Shown here: one piece after another, positions 38,570-47,018 of the stretch
How the letters are laid out: each line of letters opens with the position of its first letter
Numbering within the stretch: position 1 is the stretch's first letter
DNA from: a bacterium
GTDB taxonomy: Bacteria; SAR324; NAC60-12
Assembly: GCA_965233585.1 (NCBI GenBank)
Contig: CBDDTI010000747.1
Span: 224,001 to 288,000 of the forward strand
Reading direction: 5' to 3'
Length of the DNA stretch: 64,000 nucleotides
Notes under the pieces: generated by a model
The model's input: the letters and a program-made list of their open reading frames with translations, nothing else
Told to the model about the DNA's origin: nothing
Database searches by the model: none
Translations under genes and position numbers: made by a program

Positions 38570-38761
38570 TTAGATTTTATTTTGTTGAGTTGTTAAGTTT
38601 TTAAGAATTTTCTTTGCTAAATTCTCGTTAATTTCACGATGACGAGGCACAGGTTCAGAACTACCGGTATTTGGATTGTGATAAATGTCGTGCTTTGATC
38701 CATGCCGTAGCAAGACACAACCCGCTTGAGATAGCTTTTTTAAAAGCTCATGATGTTTCAT
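38570..38761 (-). CDS. hicA: HicA-family toxin
   Basis: ELLKKL..AGC.LLRHGSKHDIY.NP...VPRHREINENLAKKILK. Confidence 0.88.
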   Translation of the reverse strand: MKHHELLKKLSQAGCVLLRHGSKHDIYHNPNTGSSEPVPRHREINENLAKKILKNLTTQQNKI

Positions 38762-38952
38762 GCTATCTCAAGCTCTGCAACCCGCTTTATCCCCGGAATG
38801 TCTTCTTGAAATAAATCGTGTAGATCTGATAAATGTTCTTTCAAATCATTTAAGTCCTCACCCTGAGTCCAATGATCGGGAAATTCATTTAAATAGCCTA
38901 AATAAGTGCCATCAGGTTCTTTCCAATATGTAAACTGCTTTTTCGTCATCAT
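38758..38952 (-). CDS. hicB: Short HicB-family antitoxin
   Basis: YWKEPDGTYLGYLNEFPDHWTQGEDLNDLKEHL; GAGGAG SD; ATGA overlap with hicA. Confidence 0.82.
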   Translation of the reverse strand: MMTKKQFTYWKEPDGTYLGYLNEFPDHWTQGEDLNDLKEHLSDLHDLFQEDIPGIKRVAELEIA

Positions 38953-39032
38953 TCTCCTCTGGATTTAAAAATAAAATACCCCAACCCCAACATCTGACTA
39001 ACGTGAGTCTGTTGAGCTTCCTCAAAAAATTT

Positions 39033-39278
39033 TTACAATTCACTTTCATCAATAGTTGCAATTTTCATAAGATGCTTTTGCAAACCTAGTTTAAACGATT
39101 GATTTTTATGCACAGGAACAGAAATGCAGGCATTGATTCCAGATTTGATACAAATATGGTGACTGCCATTGACCCGTTTTAACTCCCAACCTTTGTGTTC
39201 AGTAACCTTGCAAAAATCCTTACCACTTACAACTTCTGGTAAAAGCCAATCTGTTGGGTACTTTGCTAGGCGAATCAC
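39033..39278 (-). CDS. hicA: Second HicA-family toxin, native start probably lost
   Basis: VSGKDFCK...GWELKRVNGSHHI...ISVPVH...LGLQKHLMK; first ~15 aa atypical. Confidence 0.7.
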   Translation of the reverse strand: MIRLAKYPTDWLLPEVVSGKDFCKVTEHKGWELKRVNGSHHICIKSGINACISVPVHKNQSFKLGLQKHLMKIATIDESEL

Positions 39279-39501
39279 CCTTTAGGAGGGAATGGATCAT
39301 TGCCATGACTGTCTTTTTCGCTAATTTTTCCATTTTTATTATGGATGACCAACTCACTTTGTTGATTCTTGCTTATTTCACGGGCATGATTAATAGCCTC
39401 CTGTTTAGTGTCAAAATGACCTGATGATCGTTTTGAACCACTTTGCTTGATGTCCCAACCACTTTTTGGGAATTAGGTACCACATGTATTTGTTTTGCCA
39501 T
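39275..39501 (-). pseudogene. DUF2188-family protein, 1-nt frameshift (absent from ORF track)
   Basis: MAKQIHVVPNSQK / GWDIKQSGSKRSSGHFDTKQEAI..AR......ELVIHNKNGKI..KDSHGNDPFPPKG*. Confidence 0.8.
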
Positions 39502-39655
39502 ATTTAAAACCCTCTATTTGAATTAATAAAACTAACCATGGACAATGATTGTTGCCCAAAAATACTTTGGAATTTCTTTGTTTGAATTGTATGTTCCATA
39601 TGTCATTAACTATACCTTCCTAATTTAAGCGACAGGCAGGTTTGTTATACTCTCT

Positions 39656-40981
39656 TTAATTGCCTAGTATAAGTTTAAACATTACCTTCATACTATCATA
39701 TGGTCCCTTACTTTTGCCTACTTGATTAGGATTATAATTGTTATCCTTGATGTTATTGACAAGTAATTCAACACCTTTACTCAAGTTCTTTTCTATAAAA
39801 TCTAATGGATCAGACATTTTCCATTTTAATTTATCTCCTTCTACTTCCATCAGTTCAGACAAAGCCGCAAAAATAGGAATGATAAATCCTTCTGGATATT
39901 TAGCTCCACATTTTTTTTGATAATATTTTGTTAAAGGTGGTCTGCTTAGATAACTGGAACCTTTTTTGTTTTCGTCGTAAATTTTCACGCAATCCATTCG
40001 CCCGAACTTACCAAAATTATTGTTGTAAGCTTTAGGAAAATTTTCATAGATTATATCGTATAGTCTAGGTATCTCTCTAAGCAAAGACATTGCGGATAAA
40101 AATAATTTGTCATTTATTTTGCCTTCATTATCAGAGTACTTCTCAAAGAATAGAGAAAAAATCTCAACACACTTTGCTTTGGAACTATAAATTAAAACAG
40201 GATTAATATGAGGCAAGTTTTGGTCAAGTTTCTCTAAATTTTGTAATGCTAAGAGTGGTATTAAACTCATAGCAACAATATCCTCTCTTTTAATACGTTT
40301 TCCCGTACCATCTTTCCATTCTACATCTTCTACAATTTCTTCATCAAGTGCATTTTTTAGTATCTCATAATATCCTTTATGATCCGCTTTTGTTCCAGAG
40401 CTAAGAGGAGAATTGTTATTTCTAGCATCTGATATTTCAAATATTGCATCAGGGAATTGTACATTATATTCAGTTGTGGGATAAATGATCTCAATTGGCA
40501 TCTCAAATTCAAAAACATCTAAAACTTCTGATAAATTTTCTTTATTTTTATGCCATAGTTCTATGAAGGTATCCCAATTCTTGACTTTACTTAGCTGTTT
40601 GTTTGAATCTTCTCCAAAATATTCTTCTAAGATAAAAAGACCGACAGCAAGCATATTATGACCACCATCCAATACACCTTCATAACTTTCATCTTCAAAA
40701 GACAAGGTAAATCTCCCCCGTTCTCTTTGAATACAACTTGAAGAAGAAATTAACATGCCTTTGCTCTTAAACCTAAAGTCTTCTGGTGAAGTTTTTAGAG
40801 TCTCACAAATAGCAGTTGTGACCTTATTCTTTTTGGATTTTCTTGGGTTTGCAGTTAAACCTACAACATCTATGAGTTTTGCAAGGTTTTTGGCATTGAT
40901 TGTGGCTAAGACTTTGTTGATTCTAGCATGTTCTTGTATACAAAAACACTCAGTCTTAATTGTAACAGTTTGGTCTTTCAT
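39656..40981 (-). CDS. AIPR-like (ParB-superfamily) phage-defence-associated protein
   Basis: ANPR, FRFKSKGM, GVLDGGHN, EISDARNNN; AGGAG SD; lower GC than flanks. Confidence 0.65.
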   Translation of the reverse strand: MKDQTVTIKTECFCIQEHARINKVLATINAKNLAKLIDVVGLTANPRKSKKNKVTTAICETLKTSPEDFRFKSKGMLISSSSCIQRERGRFTLSFEDESYEGVLDGGHNMLAVGLFILEEYFGEDSNKQLSKVKNWDTFIELWHKNKENLSEVLDVFEFEMPIEIIYPTTEYNVQFPDAIFEISDARNNNSPLSSGTKADHKGYYEILKNALDEEIVEDVEWKDGTGKRIKREDIVAMSLIPLLALQNLEKLDQNLPHINPVLIYSSKAKCVEIFSLFFEKYSDNEGKINDKLFLSAMSLLREIPRLYDIIYENFPKAYNNNFGKFGRMDCVKIYDENKKGSSYLSRPPLTKYYQKKCGAKYPEGFIIPIFAALSELMEVEGDKLKWKMSDPLDFIEKNLSKGVELLVNNIKDNNYNPNQVGKSKGPYDSMKVMFKLILGN

Positions 40982-41167
40982 AAAGAGTTCTCCTAATTAA
41001 ATTTAAATAAAACAACTATGGTGTGACCACAGCAAGCAATTTAAGAGAATCTGGCGAGGTACAAGCGGAACTTTTCAGCCTTATTTGGGATTTTGAAGTT
41101 TTTCAACTTCAAATTAGCTCTTTGGTCTTACCAGACCTCTCAGCCTTCTTTTCAGAAGACGTTGAGG

Positions 41168-41196
41168 ATTATCCTACAACTCACTACTGTTGTCAA
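41168..41196 (-). promoter_or_regulatory. Sigma70-type promoter heading the defence island
   Basis: TTGACA-N17-GATAAT on the minus strand. Confidence 0.65.
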
Positions 41197-41300
41197 GAGA
41201 AATTTTTTCTCATACCTAACACCCCCAACATCTGGCAAGTGCCAGCTTGCTGGGTTGGTTTGTTGGAGAACTGAGGACGCTAACGAATTAAAGTTTGGAT

Positions 41301-41921
41301 TTAGCGGTTGGATTTTTTGATGGAGATGAGTCCGCCATTTTTACCGGGGACCGCACCTTTGACAAGAATTAAATGTTCTTGAGGTAGGATTTTGACAATT
41401 TTTAAGCCGAGCGTTGTTTGTTTGGAGTTTCCATAGCGTCCGGGCATCTTTTTACCTTTGAAGACACGTGAAGGCTGGGCGCATTGTCCAATACTTCCTG
41501 TCCCTCTGTGTCCTCTGTGTCCATGACTTGCAGGTTGTCCACCAAAGCCATGCCGTTTCATCACGCCTGAAAACCCACGACCTTTGGTTGTTCCTGTGAC
41601 CGCCACTTTGTCTCCTTCTGCAAAAAGACTGGTATCAAATACTTGTCCGACTTCAATAGCATGAGCATCTTCCACACGGAACTCTTTAAGAAAGCGGCAT
41701 AACTTTTGATCTTTGAAATGCCCTTTGAGTGCCTTGTTGACCTTGCGTTCTGCAATGTCTTCAAACCCCACTTGGACGCTTTCATAGCCTTCTTTTTCTG
41801 TGGTTTTACGTTGCACAACAGTCACAGGACCTGCTTGCAAAACAGTCACAGGAATCACTGTGCCATTTTCTTCAAAAATTTGTGTCATACCAATTTTACG
41901 ACCTAAAAGACCTTGTAACAT
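41301..41921 (-). CDS. rplC: 50S ribosomal protein L3
   Basis: GLLGRKIGMTQIF, VIPVTVL, GYESVQVG, TKGRGFSG.MKRHGF, VFKGKKMPG, VKGAVPG. Confidence 0.96.
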   Translation of the reverse strand: MLQGLLGRKIGMTQIFEENGTVIPVTVLQAGPVTVVQRKTTEKEGYESVQVGFEDIAERKVNKALKGHFKDQKLCRFLKEFRVEDAHAIEVGQVFDTSLFAEGDKVAVTGTTKGRGFSGVMKRHGFGGQPASHGHRGHRGTGSIGQCAQPSRVFKGKKMPGRYGNSKQTTLGLKIVKILPQEHLILVKGAVPGKNGGLISIKKSNR

Positions 41922-41970
41922 AACTGATTTCCTCTAAAAAGTGATGAGAATTTTCAAACCAAAACCCGTC

Positions 41971-42000
41971 AGTCTATCACTAAATTGCTTGTATGTTCAA
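41971..42000 (-). promoter_or_regulatory. Probable rplC promoter
   Basis: TTGAAC-N18-TAGACT with extended -10 TG. Confidence 0.5.
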
Positions 42001-42009
42001 CACTATTTT

Positions 42010-43014
42010 TTACTGACTCATGGTGCGAGTCCAGTCTTTGACCCATTTTTTATTATGTTGAGCGATGTTTTGGTAATTGAGCATCAAACTTTTTTGGGGC
42101 ATGGGAGCAATGCGAAAAGATTCGGGCAGTTCAATTTGTTTTACAGCAGGGTACATCCAGTTGGTGGTAGGAATGACACTTTGAAATGGTTTAGTCAGCA
42201 TAAAGTCAATGAATTGCTGGGCTAATTTCTCGTTTTTTGTGCCTTTGATAATTCCTGCAAATTCAATTTGACGATACAAGCCTTGCTGAAATGACATCGC
42301 CTTGTAACGTTCTGTTTGTTCGTTTTCCAAGTGATACGCAGGGCTTGTCACATAGCTTAACACAATGGGTGCCTCACCTTTCTGAAACATTCCATAAGCA
42401 GAAGACCAGCCATCTGTGACCGTCAGTAAATTGGGAGCAAGCCGACTCCAGTAGTCAAGAAATCCATCTTGACCATACACTTGAATTGTCCAATGGAGCA
42501 AAGACAATCCCGGTGAAGAAGTCTTGGCACTTGGAATCACGATTTTTCCCTTGAATTTAGGGTCTGTTAACTCTTCCAAACTTTTGGGTGGTTCAGGTAA
42601 AGTTTGAGAATCATAGACAAAAGCAATGTATCCAAAGTCATAAGGGGTGATGCGATGTTGTTTGTCTAAAAGTAAATCTTGCCTTAATTTGCCTAAATGT
42701 TTGGACTGGTACGGCTGCCAAATTTGATGCTGAAACGACAATGCCAGCTGACTGTCACTAATTCCAAGCAAAATATCTGCTTTGGGCTTGTTCTTTTCTA
42801 AAATGACACGACTTAACACAGTGCCTGCATCACCGGGAGCAACCACTTTGACTTGACAATCGCATTCCTTTTCAAAATTTTTAAAGACCACAGGACCTGG
42901 TCCCCACTTTGAATTGAATGAATCATAAGTATAAACTACCAAACTTTGTGCAAAGATGGGGGTTGTGCTGATGAAAACAGAAATGCAGGATTTTAAGAAT
43001 TTTTTGAAAGACAT
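42010..43014 (-). CDS. thiB: Thiamine ABC transporter substrate-binding protein
   Basis: VYTYDSF.S.WGPGP, PYDFGYIAFVYD, TSSPG, VLSYVTSPAYH, IPTTNWMYP; AGGAG SD + ATG 43014. Confidence 0.92.
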   Translation of the reverse strand: MSFKKFLKSCISVFISTTPIFAQSLVVYTYDSFNSKWGPGPVVFKNFEKECDCQVKVVAPGDAGTVLSRVILEKNKPKADILLGISDSQLALSFQHQIWQPYQSKHLGKLRQDLLLDKQHRITPYDFGYIAFVYDSQTLPEPPKSLEELTDPKFKGKIVIPSAKTSSPGLSLLHWTIQVYGQDGFLDYWSRLAPNLLTVTDGWSSAYGMFQKGEAPIVLSYVTSPAYHLENEQTERYKAMSFQQGLYRQIEFAGIIKGTKNEKLAQQFIDFMLTKPFQSVIPTTNWMYPAVKQIELPESFRIAPMPQKSLMLNYQNIAQHNKKWVKDWTRTMSQ

Positions 43015-43070
43015 AATTTCTCCTTTTGAAATAAAAAATGACTTCAAAAAATGAGGGGAGGAGAGGCGTC

Positions 43071-43150
43071 AACATTTCCCTTCGCTGGTATGATCCAGAT
43101 CAGGTTCTAAGGGTATCATCTCAGGTGCCATCAGCACCACCCCCAACGTT
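43071..43150 (-). promoter_or_regulatory. TPP riboswitch
   Basis: Minus strand GGGGTG...CTGAGA...ACCCTTAGAACCTGATCTGGATCATACCAGCGAAGGGA with P1 AACGTT/AATGTT, directly 5' of thiB. Confidence 0.95.
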
Positions 43151-43172
43151 TTTTGAAGAAGTGAAGGAAGTC

Positions 43173-43201
43173 AGTCTATCAGTTGCTATGAAAGATAGCA
43201 A
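43173..43201 (-). promoter_or_regulatory. Promoter for TPP riboswitch/thiB
   Basis: TTGCTA-N17-TAGACT with extended -10 TG. Confidence 0.6.
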
Positions 43202-43209
43202 GTCATTTT

Positions 43210-45090
43210 TCATTGAAGCTCAGGTTTTAACACATCAGGAATGCACTGCTTGGAGCCAATCAAAAGGACAGATTTTTTAGCACGAGTCAATGCAGTGTAT
43301 AATGCGTTTCTTGTAAAAATAGGACTCATTTGGTCAGGTAGAATGATGGCAACATGCTCATACTCTGAACCTTGACTTTTATGGACGGTGATGGCATAAG
43401 CAAGCTCCCAACCTGACAATTCTTGCTCTTTGACCAAACGTCCCCCTTCAAATTCAAAATGCAACTCCTCATTTTTTTTGACACAAATCCCTTGGTCGCC
43501 ATTAAAAATACTATGCACATAATCATTTTTTGTGACCATGATTTTAGCACCAACAAGCGACCCCCTCGGTAAATAATGCTTTGCAAATTGCCCATTTAAA
43601 CCTTCTACACCCCATGTGCCTTCGCGATGCAACGTCAAAACTTGTGATGCAAATTGTTCTTTAGGAGATTGCTCAGACCAGAATTTTGCAAACTTCAACA
43701 ATTCATCATGGTTCAAGTCACATTCGTACAATGCCACTCCTTGCCATTGATGTTCAGTCAGTTGTTGAATCTCGTTGATTCCTTCAAACAATTCTTTTGC
43801 ATCTGATGTTTTTTTAGTCTTTGTTTCATTCCACCGACAAGCCAGTTCGTAAACAAACTTACCCTCATCTTCTTGACGATGGCTTTTGACAAGATTTTGT
43901 TGAACAAGCCCTTGAATTGCAGCACTTCCAGAATATGTCACATCTTGAAAAAGGCTTGGGTCAATTTGGCAAAACTGCTTCATCTCTTCTTGACTCAAAC
44001 TACCAGCACGCTGTAAAAGTTGCTCTAACGGTCTACCTGCACCAACGGGGGGAAGTTGGTCTGCATCACCCAGTAAAATGACTCTCGTCCCTTTTTGGCA
44101 AGCGTCTAAAAGCCTTGCCATCATTTCCAAATCAATCATAGAGACTTCGTCAATAATCAAGGTGTCAAATTTTAACGGATTCCATTGATTCTTTAAAAAA
44201 CTTGATTTTTTGACAGAATAACCTAACAAGCGATGCAAAGTGCTGGCAGGTTGCAATTCTGATTGAAGATTTTTATCATCTGCTGTGGGATTTTCAATAG
44301 AATCCAGTGACTGCCTCACTGATTCAAATAGCCTCTGCCCTGCTTTGCCAGTTGGAGTAGCAAGAGCGAACTTTCCAAGTTGTTTCAAACGTTTGAGCAA
44401 CCGCAAAAGATTCACGGCAACGGACGTTTTGCCTGTGCCTGGTCCACCTGTGATGATAGAAACAGGCATCAATAATGTTTGTGCAAGGGCTTGTTTCTGA
44501 TCTTTTGAAAAATCAATTTCTTTTTTGGAACTATGACGTACAGCATGACGTTCCAAAATATCAGACCAGACTTTTTGCACATCTTGCCAGTTTTGCCGAA
44601 TGGTCTGAGAAGCTAGCTTTTGGATAGATTCTTCAATGATTTGCTGATTTCTAAAATCTCGTTGCAAATAAATTTTGTCTGCTTTTAATACCAAAGGTTT
44701 GCCTCGTTCTCCAATCATTTCTTGGAACAAACCTTTTTTCCAATCTCTAAAAAGCAGATTGATTTCTTTTTCTGCATAAGATTTTGCAAATGCTTGAAGC
44801 TGGTCTTGACTTCGTTGAGTTTCCTGATGAATCTCCTGCTGATTTTGAAGAAGATGAGAGTCACAATAAGACTGCAATTCTTTCAAAAGAAGAGTTTGTT
44901 CAAACTCTAAATGAATTTGACCTTGCGAACGTTTGGCATAGAGTAGCAAAAGCAAAGTGCAAAAACTTCTCTCTGCATCTTTTACTTGCATCAACTTTGA
45001 AAGATGATGAGCCTGTTGATAATAAACCTTCTCTACCCCTGCACCATTCCACAGCTTGTCAAACTCTATTTGAGTGCCTAGTTTCTTCAT
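43210..45090 (-). CDS. recD: Exodeoxyribonuclease V alpha subunit (RecD helicase)
   Basis: ITGGPGTGKT, ATPTGKAG, STLHRLLG, IIDEVSM, LGDADQL, FNGDQG, AYAITVHKSQGSEY, LYTALTRAK. Confidence 0.9.
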   Translation of the reverse strand: MKKLGTQIEFDKLWNGAGVEKVYYQQAHHLSKLMQVKDAERSFCTLLLLLYAKRSQGQIHLEFEQTLLLKELQSYCDSHLLQNQQEIHQETQRSQDQLQAFAKSYAEKEINLLFRDWKKGLFQEMIGERGKPLVLKADKIYLQRDFRNQQIIEESIQKLASQTIRQNWQDVQKVWSDILERHAVRHSSKKEIDFSKDQKQALAQTLLMPVSIITGGPGTGKTSVAVNLLRLLKRLKQLGKFALATPTGKAGQRLFESVRQSLDSIENPTADDKNLQSELQPASTLHRLLGYSVKKSSFLKNQWNPLKFDTLIIDEVSMIDLEMMARLLDACQKGTRVILLGDADQLPPVGAGRPLEQLLQRAGSLSQEEMKQFCQIDPSLFQDVTYSGSAAIQGLVQQNLVKSHRQEDEGKFVYELACRWNETKTKKTSDAKELFEGINEIQQLTEHQWQGVALYECDLNHDELLKFAKFWSEQSPKEQFASQVLTLHREGTWGVEGLNGQFAKHYLPRGSLVGAKIMVTKNDYVHSIFNGDQGICVKKNEELHFEFEGGRLVKEQELSGWELAYAITVHKSQGSEYEHVAIILPDQMSPIFTRNALYTALTRAKKSVLLIGSKQCIPDVLKPELQ

Positions 45091-45162
45091 TAAATATTGA
45101 TTTTAAAGATAAAATTAAGGACACCTGCGACTTTTTTCAGAGCATCATCAAACGTCCAAAAT

Positions 45163-46035
45163 TTATTTTGTTTTGGGGTCAAAAGCATCACGAAGCCCAT
45201 CTCCGAGATGGTTGAAAGCAAAGATAGTGACCACTAGAAAAACAGAAGGAAAAACGAGCATCCACGGGGCAATCTCCATCATGGCAGTCCCCTCGGCAAT
45301 CAGAATCCCCCAGCTGGTTTCAGGTTCTTGCACTCCTAATCCCAAAAAGCTCAAGAATGATTCAATTAAAATGACTTTAGGAATCGTCAAGGTCATATAA
45401 ACAATGATAGGACCAATCATATTTGGAATGATGTGTCTTCTCAAAATACTCAAATGCCCAACTCCCATCGCTTGAGCAGACATGACAAACTCACGTTTTC
45501 TCAAGACCAATGCTTGCCCCCTGACAATTCTTGCCATGTCAAGCCATTCTACTAGACCCAACGCAAGATAAATCAACACAATAGAGCGTCCAAAAGCAAC
45601 AACCAACAAGATGATGACAAACATAAATGGCATGGCATAAATAATGTCCACAAGTCGCATCATCATTGCATCAGTTTTGCCCCCAACATATCCTGAAATC
45701 GCTCCATAAAGCACACCAACAATGAATGCCACCACTGTTGCAGCAAAAGCAACAGATAAACTGACTCTGCCACCAAAAAGAGTCCTCACAAATAAATCTC
45801 TACCATTTGGATCTGTACCAAAGAAAAGGGATTGTTCCAGAGTTGGAGGGGCTTGCAGATAGTCCCAGAACACAGAGTCTAAGTCATTTGGAGAAAGCCA
45901 AGGACCTAGAATTGAAATGAGGATTAAAAAGATGAGAATGACCCCACTGATGACAGCAGGGCGATTTTTAAGTAAACGTCTGATGGAGGCTTGAGTTAGA
46001 CTTTCACCTGCACGGATTGATAAGTCTTGTCTCAT
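45163..46035 (-). CDS. oppC: Oligopeptide ABC transporter permease
   Basis: FGTDPNGRDL, WLDMARIVRGQ, ESFLSFLGLG, GDGLRDAFDPK. Confidence 0.92.
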   Translation of the reverse strand: MRQDLSIRAGESLTQASIRRLLKNRPAVISGVILIFLILISILGPWLSPNDLDSVFWDYLQAPPTLEQSLFFGTDPNGRDLFVRTLFGGRVSLSVAFAATVVAFIVGVLYGAISGYVGGKTDAMMMRLVDIIYAMPFMFVIILLVVAFGRSIVLIYLALGLVEWLDMARIVRGQALVLRKREFVMSAQAMGVGHLSILRRHIIPNMIGPIIVYMTLTIPKVILIESFLSFLGLGVQEPETSWGILIAEGTAMMEIAPWMLVFPSVFLVVTIFAFNHLGDGLRDAFDPKTK

Positions 46036-46970
46036 GTCTGGGACACTCTAATTTTAGGGTCAAGCCAACCATAAGCAATGTCAACAATTAAATTGGCAAA
46101 GATGATCAAGGCGCCATAAAAAACAACTGTTCCCATGACCAATGTGTAATCTCTTGCTAATGCCGCTTGAATGAAATAGCGCCCGATGCCCGGCAGAGAA
46201 AAAATTTGTTCAATCACCAGTGAACCTGTGATAATCCCAACGGACGCAGGACCAAGATATGAAACAATCGGTAGCAAAGCAGACCGCATGGCATGCCCCC
46301 AAATGATCATAGATTCTTTCAAACCCTTTGCCCTTGCAGTGATGATGAATTGTGAGCCTAATGTTTCAATCATAGAGGCACGAAACAACCTTGCAAAATT
46401 CCCCATGTATGCCGTTCCCAAAGTCAGGACAGGCAAAAATAGGTCTTGAAAGCCTCCTTCTCCCCAGCCTCCTGCAGGAAACCAGTCATTCCAAACTGCC
46501 AAAACTAAGACAAGGATTGGTGCAAGCACAAAGTTAGGAATGGCGACGCCACTGACAGCAAAGGTCATGGCAAAGTAATCCCAAATGCTATTGCGTCTCA
46601 ATGCTGCAAGAGAACCTGCAAGGATTCCACCAACTAAAGCCACTAAGAGCGACCACAGACCCAGTTTCAAACTGTAGCCAAAACCTTGTGCAATTAATTC
46701 GTTGACTGTGAAGTCTCGGTAATGATAGGAGGGACCAAGGTCTCCTTGTATGACACCAAGCAAATAATCTAGGTATTGCTCAAACAAGGATTTATCAAGG
46801 TTGTAATAGGCTTTTAGATTTTTTTCAATTTCTGGTGGAAGAGACCTTTCTAAATCAAAAGGTCCTCCCGGCGCTTGGCGAATGAGGAAAAATGCCAACG
46901 TGATGATGAGCAACATGGTAGGTACAGCTTGCCCAACGCGGCGAAGGATAAATGACAAATAAGCGTTCAT
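46032..46970 (-). CDS. oppB: Oligopeptide ABC transporter permease
   Basis: APGGPF, GDLGPS, TARAKGL, IEQIF.LPGIGR, LDPKI. Confidence 0.92.
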   Translation of the reverse strand: MNAYLSFILRRVGQAVPTMLLIITLAFFLIRQAPGGPFDLERSLPPEIEKNLKAYYNLDKSLFEQYLDYLLGVIQGDLGPSYHYRDFTVNELIAQGFGYSLKLGLWSLLVALVGGILAGSLAALRRNSIWDYFAMTFAVSGVAIPNFVLAPILVLVLAVWNDWFPAGGWGEGGFQDLFLPVLTLGTAYMGNFARLFRASMIETLGSQFIITARAKGLKESMIIWGHAMRSALLPIVSYLGPASVGIITGSLVIEQIFSLPGIGRYFIQAALARDYTLVMGTVVFYGALIIFANLIVDIAYGWLDPKIRVSQT

Positions 46971-47018
46971 AACAAGCTATCCCGTTTCATTCACCAAATT
47001 CTGATGATGGCTTAATAG

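Noticed and set aside
40982..41160. Retron msr-msd or type III toxin-antitoxin RNA
   Set aside because: No reverse transcriptase nearby and no tandem ~35-nt repeats
41023..41320. Plus-strand ORFs 41023-41274 and 41093-41320
   Set aside because: No SD or motif; they overlap a minus-strand promoter and hairpins that explain the sequence better
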